Below, piece by piece: positions 51,618 to 61,782 of a DNA stretch of 64,000 bases. The position numbers were made by a program, and so were the translations under genes. Source of the stretch: an uncultured Candidatus Rokubacteria bacterium (lineage in GTDB: Bacteria > Methylomirabilota > Methylomirabilia > Rokubacteriales > CSP1-6). The notes below the pieces were generated by a model that saw nothing but the letters and a program-made list of their open reading frames with translations, was not told the DNA's origin and did not search any database. Position 1 is the first letter of the stretch; the number at the start of each line of letters is the position of its first letter. The stretch spans positions 1,024,001-1,088,000 of the forward strand of contig CAVXJS010000021.1 in assembly GCA_963762145.1 (NCBI GenBank), given 5' to 3'.

Positions 51618-53396
51618 TCAAGGCCGCCTTCTGGCCGCGGCGCGCAGCTCCAGCCCGGCGAGCATCTCTTTGAGACGAGGGATGGCGCTCTCCGCCGCCG
51701 CCTCACCCAGGTCGGCCAGCTCGGGGGCCTTGCTGAAGTCGACGAAGCTGAAGGCCGACGCGTCGGGCCGAATGGTCAGGTCCATCGAGTCGGCTCTCAG
51801 GGCACCAAGGCCACGCCCCTGCGTCTCCACGACGCGGATGAGCGTGTCCACGGAGCCCACCGATCGCATCTGCGCCGTGGGAGTGTCCGGCCGGTTGCCG
51901 GCGAGCTCGTCTCGGAGCCGGCTCGAGACGTCGATCCCCACCACGAGCTGGGCACCCGCCTCCGTCAGGACGTCGCCGGGCAAGTTGTTGAGCACGGCGC
52001 CGTCGACGAGCGCCATGCCATCGTGGACGATGGGCCTCGAAATGACCGGCAGGTTGATGCTCTCGAGGATCGCCCGCACGGCATCGCCAGCTCGATGCAC
52101 CACCTCCCTGCCACTGATCAAGTCCACGGTGACCGCGTGGAAGGGGATGGGCAGCCGCTCGAGAGGCCAGTCCCGCAGGTACTGCCGCAAGAGCGCGTCC
52201 CAGCCCCCGGTGCGAAACTGCCAGACGAGATACCAGTTGCGCCCCCTGGGCAACTGACGAAAGAGCCACGGCGGAGTGAGGTCGTGCTTGTAGGCGGCGA
52301 TCAGGACGTCCGGGGAGTAGCCCGCCGCATACGTGATGCCGACCATGGCCCCACAGCTCGTGCCGGACATGAGGTCGAAGCTTATGCCGGCCCGCTCGAA
52401 GGCGCGAAAGACGCCCAGATGGGCCAGGCCCCGGGCGCCTCCTCCACCGAGGGAGAGCCCTAGCTGAATACCACGCAGCCGCCGCAGGAGACGCTCCAGG
52501 CCCAGCCGTCCCAGCCGCGACAGACGCTCCGGGGCTTCACCGAGCTCCAGGAGGAGGTGCGGGCGCTCGTTCAAGTTCCACGCCCGGTCCCACGGCGGGG
52601 CAACTTGGGCTCCCTCGGGGAGCATCCACACCACGTGCGAGCGCGCCGCGGCCTGAGGCACTTCGCCGACGAGCAATGAGAGGGTCTGCCGCAGCAGTCG
52701 CTCCGTCTCGGCATCGACCAGCCACAGGAGCTGATCGCAGCTTGCGGCGCGGCCCATCCAGCCCCCTGACGGGTGATCGAGATCGAGCTCCAGGAAAGCG
52801 CGGTCATGGCTGGAGAGGAGGTGCTCCCACCGCTCGCCCTGGCCGCCCTCGCCCAGGTCCACCCGAGCGACGCGCTCCCCCCGGGTGGCGAGCTCCCGCC
52901 CCAGCAGGTCGAGCAGGCTTCTCCCGCGGGGTCCCTTCCAGATGACCCCGACCGTAATGGCTCGAAGCTGAGGGGGCTTCACGCCCGCGATCTGCATGGT
53001 GCGCCGGGCAAGACGCCGGATCAAGTGCAGCGCCAGGCTGGGGATGGACTGGAGCAGCTCCAGGAACGGCTCGCGCGGAATCGACAGCAGCCGGACCGGC
53101 TCGACGGCCACCATGTCCCCCAGGGCGGCCCCCGACTCGAGGAGCGCCACGGCGCCGAGGACCTCGTCGTCGGGGACGGACTCGAGCTCGAGGGTGGCAG
53201 CCTTGCCGGGAACGGTCAACCGCACCCGACCGCTGACCAGCATGTAGACCGCTTCAATGGGCTGCCCGCTGCGGTAGATGTTGGCCCCTGCGGGCAAGGA
53301 GATGGGGGTCGCGTGCAGGGCCAGCTGGGCGAGCTCCTCCTCTTTGAGGCCCTCGCACAGGGGGTGACTGCGCAGCGTTTCAGTCGTTGGGTCCAC
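51618..53396 (-). CDS. cNMP-binding + patatin-like phospholipase (NTE/RssA type)
   Basis: N-terminal cNMP fold; GGGARG, GTSCG and DGA motifs. Confidence 0.88.
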   Translation of the reverse strand: MDPTTETLRSHPLCEGLKEEELAQLALHATPISLPAGANIYRSGQPIEAVYMLVSGRVRLTVPGKAATLELESVPDDEVLGAVALLESGAALGDMVAVEPVRLLSIPREPFLELLQSIPSLALHLIRRLARRTMQIAGVKPPQLRAITVGVIWKGPRGRSLLDLLGRELATRGERVARVDLGEGGQGERWEHLLSSHDRAFLELDLDHPSGGWMGRAASCDQLLWLVDAETERLLRQTLSLLVGEVPQAAARSHVVWMLPEGAQVAPPWDRAWNLNERPHLLLELGEAPERLSRLGRLGLERLLRRLRGIQLGLSLGGGGARGLAHLGVFRAFERAGISFDLMSGTSCGAMVGITYAAGYSPDVLIAAYKHDLTPPWLFRQLPRGRNWYLVWQFRTGGWDALLRQYLRDWPLERLPIPFHAVTVDLISGREVVHRAGDAVRAILESINLPVISRPIVHDGMALVDGAVLNNLPGDVLTEAGAQLVVGIDVSSRLRDELAGNRPDTPTAQMRSVGSVDTLIRVVETQGRGLGALRADSMDLTIRPDASAFSFVDFSKAPELADLGEAAAESAIPRLKEMLAGLELRAAARRRP

Positions 53397-53417
53397 GCAG
53401 GGCTCCTCTTCCTGCCT

Positions 53418-54446
53418 TCAGGCACCGGCTCTGGATGCGGCGGGGCGTTGAACGAGAGCGGCCCGGATGCGCCGCGAGAAATCGGGGTCGGCCGCGGTCA
53501 CGGCCTCGTCGCCCAGCAAGCTTTGGGCCCTCAGCTCCTCGAACGACAGGTGGCCCGCGAACCCCCCTTGTCGATAGAGGTAGCGGGCGGAGAAGCCGCT
53601 CAGGAGCACCTCGAGCGCGGCGCAGCCCCGCGGCGGCTTCTCCACCAGGGCGAAGAGGTTCGTGGTGCAGTTCGACGTGAGCGCGTTGTACCACTCGGGT
53701 CGCACGGCGACGGACTCCGCGCGGCGAAGGCAGGCGAGGAGAAACCTTCTCATTCGCTCCGGCGGCACATGTACCCGGTACAGGTAGACAGCTTCCTTGC
53801 GGATGGCGGTGCGCAGGCGCACCAGATCGCGTTCGTCCCCGATCACATAGATCAGCTCGAACCGGCGAAAGAAGCTCAGGAGCGCCGAGTACCTCTCGCC
53901 CACCTCCTTTCGTGCCTCGACCGAGAGGCACAGGTACCTGTCGTCGCCGAAGCCGAAGCTCACCATGCTGTGGGCGATGGCCGGTCCGGACCAGTGGCAC
54001 ATGAAGTAGTCCACGGACTCCAGGCGCGCCAGGTCGAAGGCCCGCTCCTCGTACCGCGGCAGCGGCTCGCCGTCGGGGAGATAGTCGAAGTTGCGAAAAT
54101 TGTGGACCTGGACGCGGTCTCCCTCGATCGTGATGCGCGGCGCCAGCGCCACCTCGGCGGCCCATTGCCGGTCGGCTTGCGGCCGTAGCGAGAGCCACCA
54201 CGCCAGCACCAGGCCGAACATCGCCGCCCACGCTGGCACCGCCAGGTGGAGCGAAGGGAAGCTGATGATCCCCACGGAGACGAGCGCGACGCTCACCGCC
54301 AGTGGCCCTCGCCACCGGCGCCAGGGAGAATCAAAAAAGACGGCCAACGTCACCCACGCCATCGTGGGCACGGCGACGAGCCAGAAGACCGACCAGCCGA
54401 GCTTGACCAGAACGGGAACCCTTCCTGCCCTCGATGAGCCAGTCAC
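53418..54446 (-). CDS. DUF4105 (Lnb N-terminal-like) membrane protein
   Basis: 3 TM, NFRNFDY, AHSMVSFGF, SVEAR, DERD, YNALTSNCTT. Confidence 0.85.
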   Translation of the reverse strand: MTGSSRAGRVPVLVKLGWSVFWLVAVPTMAWVTLAVFFDSPWRRWRGPLAVSVALVSVGIISFPSLHLAVPAWAAMFGLVLAWWLSLRPQADRQWAAEVALAPRITIEGDRVQVHNFRNFDYLPDGEPLPRYEERAFDLARLESVDYFMCHWSGPAIAHSMVSFGFGDDRYLCLSVEARKEVGERYSALLSFFRRFELIYVIGDERDLVRLRTAIRKEAVYLYRVHVPPERMRRFLLACLRRAESVAVRPEWYNALTSNCTTNLFALVEKPPRGCAALEVLLSGFSARYLYRQGGFAGHLSFEELRAQSLLGDEAVTAADPDFSRRIRAALVQRPAASRAGA

Positions 54447-54568
54447 AAGGGCGACAGCGTGGAGTGTCCTCAGGGTGCCGGGTAGTTGTCAAGGAAGAGT
54501 CGCGTGGGAGCATGCACGTGCGAATCTGCAGGCGGCGAGGCTTCAGGCCCGGGCTGCTCGTCCCATCG

Positions 54569-55412
54569 TCATCGCGATACCCTTTGCCAGGGGTATTCGA
54601 GCTGCATGGCGACCACGTTGGCGGTGCCCGCTCCGTAATGGCTCGCGATGGCCTCGAGGGCTTCGTCCAATGCCTTTGCCGGTTGCAGACCGCCGATCGC
54701 CGGCAGCCGCCGCTCCGCGGGCCAAGTTGTGGCGACCCGATCGGTGGCCTCGATCAAGGTGAGCGACGGCATGGACGCGGTGATCCCGGTCGTCGTCGCA
54801 ACGCCCTGGTCGACCACGATGCGCCGGTCCTCGACATAGCGGACCGCGGGATGCTCCTTGCGCAGCTCCTTGATGAAGTACCAATGCGTCGTCGCCCGCT
54901 TGCCATCGAGCAGCCCGGCTTCGCCGACCACCTTTGCTCCCGCACAGACGCCGATGACGATCGCTCCCTTGGACGCCTGGCTCTTCAGCCATTCCAGTAC
55001 CGCCGGGTCGTCGTCGCGGCTCATGGCGGGGACGATCACATAGTCTGCGCCGTCCGGATGCCGCGCATCGAACTCCGCCACCGTCGCCTGGGGCTCGACC
55101 TGGAGGCGCCGGATAAAGCGTCACCGGGCCCGGCTTGGTTGCCAGCGCCAGCACATCGGCGACGTCGGCGCGCCGCAGGACGCCAAACGGCATCAGATAG
55201 TCGGTGGCCTCGGTGGCGTCATTGATGCCGATGATCGCGATCAACGGACGCTCGCGTTTCGGCGGCTTCAAGGCCGCGATCGTGGCATCGGCCTCATCCG
55301 GCGCGATCGGTGCCACGGCCATGGCCGCCGGCGTCGGAGACAGCGAGAGAATCCAGGCCCCGCCGATCACCACCAGAACCGCGACGATACCCAGCCCACC
55401 CCCACCATACAA
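54569..55412 (-). pseudogene. DJ-1/PfpI family protein, frameshift near 55106 and probable internal deletion
   Basis: TEATDYLMPFG, GVCAGA, ATTHW; abrupt SLTLIEA|TDRVA junction; no clear start codon or RBS. Confidence 0.6.
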
Positions 55413-55431
55413 GCCGTCGATTCATGCCGAG

Positions 55432-56244
55432 TCAGTGCCTCAAAAAGGCGATCGGCGAGATCTTGTAGTTCAGAGCCGCGGTAGTGCCGCACGTGACGTC
55501 CACCGTCACGCCGGTGATCTTGGAGGCCATACCGGACGCCAGGAACACCGCGACATTGGCAATGTCGGCCATGGAGGGCAAGTCCTTCAGCATCGTGTCG
55601 TCCTTCATTTTCTGAATGAAGGCCGTCACCCGTTCTCCCCCTTGCTCGATCGCCTCCCTGAACACGCGTGAGTCCGGGGATCCCCCCGATCTGATGTTGA
55701 CGACTCGCACGCCGAAGGGCCCGAGCTCAGACGCCAAGTCCCGCGAGAAGCCTTCGATGGCGCAGCAGGCGGGACCAAATCCGCCGACATTCGGATACCC
55801 GATTCCACCGGGGGTTGCCGTCAACGACAGGATGACGCCCGATCGCTGCTCCCTCATGATCCGCCCCGCGGCCGTCGACGTGATGAACTGGGTTTCCATC
55901 GCGATTCGGACCGGCCGGACGAAATCGTCCAGCGTCATCTCGGTCAGGGGGACATCCTGCCGGTCCTTGAGGCCGATCGCGTTGAATGACACGTCCAGCG
56001 TGCCCGCTTTGCGCACGAGAGCGTTCACGGACTCGTTCACCGCCTTCGCATCGAGTGCGTCGACCTCGGCCGCCTCCGCTTTGCCACCGGCGGCGATGAT
56101 CTCCGTGGCCAGCGCTTGCACCGGCTCCAGCCTCCGTCCCGTGACGAACACCGTCGCGCCTTCCTGTGCCAGCGCCTTGGCGACCGCTCCTCCCAATGAC
56201 CCGCCAGCTCCATAGATGATCGCGTTCCTATTGAGAAGCAGCAT
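55432..56244 (-). CDS. SDR family oxidoreductase (atypical active site)
   Basis: GAGGSLG, FNAIG, VRVVNI; FGPAC where YxxxK is expected. Confidence 0.85.
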   Translation of the reverse strand: MLLLNRNAIIYGAGGSLGGAVAKALAQEGATVFVTGRRLEPVQALATEIIAAGGKAEAAEVDALDAKAVNESVNALVRKAGTLDVSFNAIGLKDRQDVPLTEMTLDDFVRPVRIAMETQFITSTAAGRIMREQRSGVILSLTATPGGIGYPNVGGFGPACCAIEGFSRDLASELGPFGVRVVNIRSGGSPDSRVFREAIEQGGERVTAFIQKMKDDTMLKDLPSMADIANVAVFLASGMASKITGVTVDVTCGTTAALNYKISPIAFLRH

Positions 56245-56254
56245 GGCACACCCC

Positions 56255-56776
56255 TTACGTCCCACCAGCTGACGAGACGGCGATGGCAAGGGCGACGAAG
56301 CTGAGGGCGGCAAGCCCCGCCCGTGCCGCGTGCGAATACTCCCAGCGGTCACGCAGGTCCGTCCAGTCCACTGGAGGTCTCTCGCTCTGGCGATCACCCC
56401 TGCTCCCCGAGGCAAATGAAAAGAACCTGGCGCCAGCGCGACGCATTCTCTCGCCTTGAAGCCAGAATTTGTTCACCGGGTGCGTAACGAGCCAGTACAC
56501 GGCATGCATACCGATGAGCCCGCCCAGGGCCGAGAGTGTCAACCAGAAGTCCACGCTTCCTCCCGGCGTCAGGACCAAGAGGATGATCGTAGAGACGATG
56601 GCCAACGGCTCAGCAATGCCTGCGATGGTGAATCCTGGATAGTAGATGGGCTGAATGGCGAAGTAGGCATCCTTCGTGAGTCGCAGCTTGCCCGGCAGCT
56701 CGAGCCCGTGGGCCAAAGCCGGAACCATCGCCAAGACGACCAGGATCAAGGTAAGGACCTGTAGGACGTCAAACAT
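56255..56776 (-). CDS. DUF1772 / anthrone oxygenase-like membrane protein
   Basis: AHGLELPGK, PVN, RDRWEYSHAARA. Confidence 0.75.
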   Translation of the reverse strand: MFDVLQVLTLILVVLAMVPALAHGLELPGKLRLTKDAYFAIQPIYYPGFTIAGIAEPLAIVSTIILLVLTPGGSVDFWLTLSALGGLIGMHAVYWLVTHPVNKFWLQGERMRRAGARFFSFASGSRGDRQSERPPVDWTDLRDRWEYSHAARAGLAALSFVALAIAVSSAGGT

Positions 56777-56807
56777 TGACGCGGCCTCCTCTACAGGACA
56801 GCCAGAA

Positions 56808-57248
56808 TCAGCCCTTCTTGCTCTTGAGCTCGTCGGCTTGGGCCCGCACGCGTGCCTCTTGCTCCCTGAGCTCGGGCGTGAATTCCGCACCGAAGTCCTC
56901 CGCCTCGAAGATCGGACGAATCTCGACCTCCGGCTCCGTGCCCGGCATGGGGTTCGGGCAACGCTTGACCCATTCGATTGCCTGGTCCATCGACTTCACC
57001 TGCCATAGCCAGAAGCCGGCGATCAACTCCTTCGTCTCGGCGAAGGGGCCGTCGATCACGGTCCGCTTCCCACCCGAGAACCTGACGCGTTTACCCTTTG
57101 AGCTCGGGTGAAGCCCCTCGCCCGCGAGCATGATGCCGGCCTTCACCAAGTCCTCATTGAACTTCCCCATTTCGGTCAAGAGCTTCTCGTCCGGGAGCAC
57201 GCCCGCCTCTGAATCCTTGCTCGCTTTGATGATGATCATGCATCGCAT
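56808..57248 (-). CDS. YciI/DGPF family protein
   Basis: GEGLHPSS, VIDGPFAETKELIAGFW, EIRPIFE. Confidence 0.92.
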   Translation of the reverse strand: MRCMIIIKASKDSEAGVLPDEKLLTEMGKFNEDLVKAGIMLAGEGLHPSSKGKRVRFSGGKRTVIDGPFAETKELIAGFWLWQVKSMDQAIEWVKRCPNPMPGTEPEVEIRPIFEAEDFGAEFTPELREQEARVRAQADELKSKKG

Positions 57249-57295
57249 CCTGTTATCTCCTTGTGGCTTCTGCTGGAGTCGGGTTCCACTATCTG

Positions 57296-57322
57296 GTCGA
57301 GCGGCGGCCTGCGAGATCGACA
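57296..57322 (-). promoter_or_regulatory. ECF42-type sigma factor promoter
   Basis: Minus strand TGTCGA-N17-CGAC, 47 nt upstream of the DGPF gene. Confidence 0.75.
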
Positions 57323-57417
57323 GGCTCGATACGTTCCACAACTCAGCCCTTGCGATCATGGTACGGCCCCCGTCAACGAGCGGGCCAAGGCGGCGGATGG
57401 CTAAAGCTTTCCCGAGG

Positions 57418-57446
57418 TTGACAGCCGCGTTCTGCCGGCCTAGCGT
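57418..57446 (+). promoter_or_regulatory. Sigma70-like promoter of the carboxylesterase
   Basis: TTGACA-N17-TAGCGT. Confidence 0.5.
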
Positions 57447-57514
57447 CGCTGAATCTGGATGTCGCCGTGCGCCGACTCACGGTGCGGGGCGCGACGCGGG
57501 GAAGGAGAGGACAC

Positions 57515-59053
57515 GTGGAACGGAAGGAACCGGAGGTCGAGACGAGACGAGGTCGGGTGCGGGGTACGGTCGAAGGAGACGTCCGGTCGTTCCGCGGCAT
57601 CCCGTTCGCGAAGCCTCCCGTTGGACCACGGCGCTTCGGGGCGCCAGAGCCGCCGGAGCCGTGGCGCGATGTGCGTGATGCGACGCGCTTCGGGCCCGCC
57701 TCTCACCAGGCCAGCCGCCCGTTGGCCCCGATCCTCGGCATCCTGGTCGAAGAGGAGAGCGAGGACTGCCTCAGCCTCAACGTGTGGGCCCCCGCCTCGG
57801 GCGATGGCCGCCGACGGCCGGTCATGGTGTGGATCCACGGGGGCGCCTGGGTCATCGGCTCGGGATCGGAACGGACGTACGATGCCGCTCGCCTCGTGGG
57901 GCGCGGCGACGTGGTGGTGGTCACCATCAACTATCGCTTGGGACCCTTCGGGTTCCTTCGGACGCGGGAGCTCGGAGGCGGGCTCGACACCACCGGCAAC
58001 GAGGCCATGCTGGATCAACTGGCGGCCCTCGAATGGGTCCACGACGAAATCGCGGCCTTTGGCGGCGACCCCGACAACGTGACGGTGTTCGGGGAGTCAG
58101 CCGGCTCGGTGAACATCGCGTGCCTGCTCACGATGCCGCGGGCTCGGGGCCTGTTCCACCGCGCCGTCCTCCAGAGCGGCTCGCTCAACCTGACGCGTCC
58201 GCCGTCGACGGCCCTCGACGTCACTCGGCAGATCCTGGCCGAGGTGGGTCTCTCACCGGCGGACGCTCGCCGCCTTCGCGATGTGCCGGCCAAGGATCTC
58301 ATGGCCGCGGCCAACGCCGTGGCCGGCCGCTCCGTGATCCCGCCGTTCTCGCCGGTGGCCGACGGCGAGCTGATTCCCGCCCGACCGTTCGCGGCCATCG
58401 CCGAGGGGTCGGCCCGGGGCGTGCCCTTGATCGTGGGAACTAATCTCGAGGAGATGAAGCTCTACCGCTTCCTCGACCCCGCGCTGGAGCGGCTGGACGA
58501 GGCGGCGCTGGTCCAGCGCTGCGCGACGCTCTTCCCCGGCGCCGATCCCGACGGACGGCTCCACGCAGAACGCGCGGTCGACACCTACCGCTCGGCCCGC
58601 AGAGTGCGTGGCGAGGAAACCGCACCCGTCGAGACCTGGCTCGCCATCTCCACCGATCACATCTTCCGGGCCGGCGCCCTCAAGCTGGCCGAGCTGCACG
58701 CCCGCCACACGCCTGACGTCTTCGTCTACCAGTTCGAGTGGAAAGGGAGGGAGCCCGGCCGGCCCCAAGGCGCTGTCCACGCCCTCGAGCTGCCGTTCGT
58801 GTTCGGAACGCTGGCGACGTCGGAGATAGGCGCGATCGCCGGCCGCACTCCCGCGGCCGATACACTCGCCGGGCAGATGCAGGACGCCTGGCTCGCCTTC
58901 GCCCGAAGCGGGCAGCCACGCGCCGCCGGGCTTCCCGAATGGCCGGCCTATGCCCGGCCACGCCGCGCCACCATGATCTTCTCGGATCGGCCCCAAGTCG
59001 TGGACGCGCCCCAGGAGCCAGAGCGCGCCATGTGGGACACGGTCCTGGGATGA
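57515..59053 (+). CDS. Type B carboxylesterase (PnbA-like)
   Basis: GIPFA, SEDCLSLNVW, WIHGG, FGESAG, HALE. Confidence 0.92.
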   Translation: MERKEPEVETRRGRVRGTVEGDVRSFRGIPFAKPPVGPRRFGAPEPPEPWRDVRDATRFGPASHQASRPLAPILGILVEEESEDCLSLNVWAPASGDGRRRPVMVWIHGGAWVIGSGSERTYDAARLVGRGDVVVVTINYRLGPFGFLRTRELGGGLDTTGNEAMLDQLAALEWVHDEIAAFGGDPDNVTVFGESAGSVNIACLLTMPRARGLFHRAVLQSGSLNLTRPPSTALDVTRQILAEVGLSPADARRLRDVPAKDLMAAANAVAGRSVIPPFSPVADGELIPARPFAAIAEGSARGVPLIVGTNLEEMKLYRFLDPALERLDEAALVQRCATLFPGADPDGRLHAERAVDTYRSARRVRGEETAPVETWLAISTDHIFRAGALKLAELHARHTPDVFVYQFEWKGREPGRPQGAVHALELPFVFGTLATSEIGAIAGRTPAADTLAGQMQDAWLAFARSGQPRAAGLPEWPAYARPRRATMIFSDRPQVVDAPQEPERAMWDTVLG

Positions 59054-59119
59054 GGCATCCCTGACGAGCGGACCTAGAACCGAGGACCAGCTCACTGCCA
59101 ACGAAGAGGAGACTCATAC

Positions 59120-60466
59120 ATGGAGCGACAGTTCGACCTGGTGGTCGTCGGGACGGGGGTGACCTCGGCGGTGGCGTCGCGGTGTCGAGAAGCCGGCTGG
59201 AGTGTCGGGGTGGTGGATTCGCGCCCCTTCGGCGGCACCTGCGCGCTCCGCGGGTGCATACCCAAGAAGACCCTCGTCGGCGCGGCGGATGCGGTGCACG
59301 CGGCCCGCGACATGGCCGACCGGGGCGTGCCCGCGGCCGCCCTGGCAATCGACTGGGCCTCGCTGATGCGGTTCAAGCGCTCGCTGATCGACCCGACGAC
59401 GGAACGCACGGAGCAGGCGTGGGCGAAGATCGGGGTCGAGCAATTCCACGGCCGCGCCCGTTTCGTGGGCCCCACCACGCTGGCCGTCGGCGACGAACGG
59501 CTCACCGGGCGGCGGGTCCTCATCGCCGCGGGCGCCATGCCGATACCGCTCTCGTTCCCGGGCTCGGATCGCCTCACCACCAGCGAACAGTTCCTCGAGC
59601 TCGAGCGCCTGCCGCCGCGGATCGTCTTCGTGGGCGGCGGCTATGTGTCGTTCGAGTTCGCCCACATTGCCGCGCGGGCCGGCGTACGCGTGACGATCCT
59701 CCACCGGGGCGCCCGGCCGCTCGAGGCCTTCGATCCCGACCTGGTGGCCATGCTAGTGAAGCGTACGCGCGATCTCGGGATCGGGGTGGAGCTGGACACC
59801 GAGGTCCGCGGCATCGAGGCGGGCGCCACTCACCTCGTGGTGCGCGGCGCGAGACGCGGTGAAGAGGTCCGCTTCGAGACCGACATGGCCGTCCACAGCG
59901 CGGGCCGAGTGCCCGAGCTCGACGATCTGCACCTCGAGATCGCAGGGGTGAAGCGCGAGAAACGGGGCATCGTGGTGAACCAGTTCCTGCAGAGTGTGTC
60001 GAACCCCGCGATCTATGCGGGGGGCGACGCCGCGGCGAGTGGGCCGCCGTTGACGCCCAAGGCCGACCACGACGCGGGCGTGCTGACCACGAACCTGCTG
60101 GAGGGCAACCGGCTCGCCACGAACTACGACGGCATCGCCTCGGCGGTGTTCACCCTGCCGCCGCTCGCCTCCTCGGGGCTCACGGAGGAGGCCGCCCGCG
60201 GGGCGGGGCTCACGTTCCGCACGAGCTGGCAGGATACGTCCGGGTGGTTCAACACACGCCGCGTCGGGGAGACGACCTCCGGCTCAAAGGTACTCATCGA
60301 GCAGGGAACCGACCGCATCGTCGGGGCCCATCTGCTGGGACCCCACGCCGACGAGGTGATCAATCTCTTCGCCATGGCTATTCGCCTGCGCATTCCGGCG
60401 GGCGAGCTGAAGCAGGCGCTCTACGCATACCCCACATACGGCTCGGACATCCGGTTCATGATCTGA
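59120..60466 (+). CDS. Pyridine nucleotide-disulfide oxidoreductase (glutathione reductase-like)
   Basis: GGTCALRGCIPKK, GGGYV, GAHLLG, YPT. Confidence 0.9.
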   Translation: MERQFDLVVVGTGVTSAVASRCREAGWSVGVVDSRPFGGTCALRGCIPKKTLVGAADAVHAARDMADRGVPAAALAIDWASLMRFKRSLIDPTTERTEQAWAKIGVEQFHGRARFVGPTTLAVGDERLTGRRVLIAAGAMPIPLSFPGSDRLTTSEQFLELERLPPRIVFVGGGYVSFEFAHIAARAGVRVTILHRGARPLEAFDPDLVAMLVKRTRDLGIGVELDTEVRGIEAGATHLVVRGARRGEEVRFETDMAVHSAGRVPELDDLHLEIAGVKREKRGIVVNQFLQSVSNPAIYAGGDAAASGPPLTPKADHDAGVLTTNLLEGNRLATNYDGIASAVFTLPPLASSGLTEEAARGAGLTFRTSWQDTSGWFNTRRVGETTSGSKVLIEQGTDRIVGAHLLGPHADEVINLFAMAIRLRIPAGELKQALYAYPTYGSDIRFMI

Positions 60467-60499
60467 GGGCACTCGATCACCTTGCCGGCCGCACGACCG

Positions 60500-61270
60500 T
60501 CAGGCCAACCGGGTGAGCTCGCCGAGAAGGATGAGCGCGGCGAACCCCGCCGCGGCGAGCACGCCGGAATAGCGGGGCCCATTGTGGAAGGCTTCCGGAA
60601 TCATGCTCTCCGCCGTCATGGCGATGAGCGCCCCGGCTCCGTATGCCTTGAGGATTGCCGTCGCGTGAGGACCAAGGTCACTCAGGAGGTAGAAAGCAAG
60701 AGCGGTGATCGCCGCAGTAACAAGCGTGGTACCGCTCCACAGGAGCAGCACGTAAGTATATGAGCGGGCCGCGAGACGCATCCCGGCCGTCCCGGAAAGG
60801 GCCTCCGGCACGTTCGCGAGCGACAGGGCGATGACCAGTGCCAGATCGGGTCCCCCGGCCCTCAGGGTGACGCCAAGGACGAGCGCCTCCGGAACAGCAT
60901 CGAGCCCGGTGCCGAGCGCGATGGAGGTGCCGCTGCCCGGCGCCTCGGCTTCCGACGGCTGCGGCTTGCATTCCCCGCAGCGCTTGCGGTCGTTGGCGGT
61001 GGCGAGAGCTGCGTTCGCGATGCTGAACGTAGCGGCACCGGCCACAATTCCGCCGACCGTGGATGCCGCGCCGGCCAGGATGAGCGCCTCGGATGCGACC
61101 TTGAACGAGGCAGCTGAAAGCAGCACGCCCGCCCCGAGCGACATGAAAGCGGCAATGGCCCGGTGCTGGAGGGGCGTTACGAGCCCCAGAACCACCCCGA
61201 CAAGCGCGCCGGACGCCGCAGTCAATCCCCAACAGAAGGCCCACCCTGCCCCAACAATACCTTCGGGCAT
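60500..61270 (-). CDS. ZIP family metal transporter
   Basis: GAGVLLSA, LDAVPEA, NVPEALSG, MIPEAF. Confidence 0.88.
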   Translation of the reverse strand: MPEGIVGAGWAFCWGLTAASGALVGVVLGLVTPLQHRAIAAFMSLGAGVLLSAASFKVASEALILAGAASTVGGIVAGAATFSIANAALATANDRKRCGECKPQPSEAEAPGSGTSIALGTGLDAVPEALVLGVTLRAGGPDLALVIALSLANVPEALSGTAGMRLAARSYTYVLLLWSGTTLVTAAITALAFYLLSDLGPHATAILKAYGAGALIAMTAESMIPEAFHNGPRYSGVLAAAGFAALILLGELTRLA

Positions 61271-61361
61271 TGTATTCTCCTCTCGGGAACGCCCGGGACT
61301 ACGAGCGACCCATTCTTGACCCTCCCTGGAATGCCCGACATAGAAAGCGGGAGGCAGGACA

Positions 61362-61782
61362 ATGAGCAACTCAACAGTGGGCGACGCAGCAATCGCGGTC
61401 GTTCGCCGGAACACCGAGGAAGTACAAGGCAAGGGCAACTGGGACCTGTTCGAGAAATTGTTCGCCGATGATTTTGTCGATCACACGCCACAGCCGGGCA
61501 CGACCCCGGACAAGAACGGGGTGCGGGTCCTGTACAAGCGCTTGCGGGCCGCGTTCCCAGACTTTCCGTCCCGAGATCCACTGGCAGGTGGCCGCCGGCA
61601 ACCTCGTGACCACCTACAAGACCTATCACGGCACTCACCAGAGCGAGTTCCTCGGTATCCCGGCCACCGGGAAGAAGGTCAGTTTCTACACCGTCGACGC
61701 CATGCGGGTCGTCGACGGTAGGATCACCGAGCACTGGGGCGTCGCGACGTTGCTCGACCTGATGCAGCAGCTCAAGGCCTGA
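61362..61782 (+). CDS. SnoaL-like ester cyclase, frameshift near 61564
   Basis: FVDH...AAFPD, then GTHQSEFLGIPATGK...ITEHWG. Confidence 0.85.

Noticed and set aside
50957-53396. CBASS/Pycsar anti-phage system
   Set aside because: No adjacent CD-NTase or PycC cyclase; the two cyclases lie more than 12 kb away in other contexts
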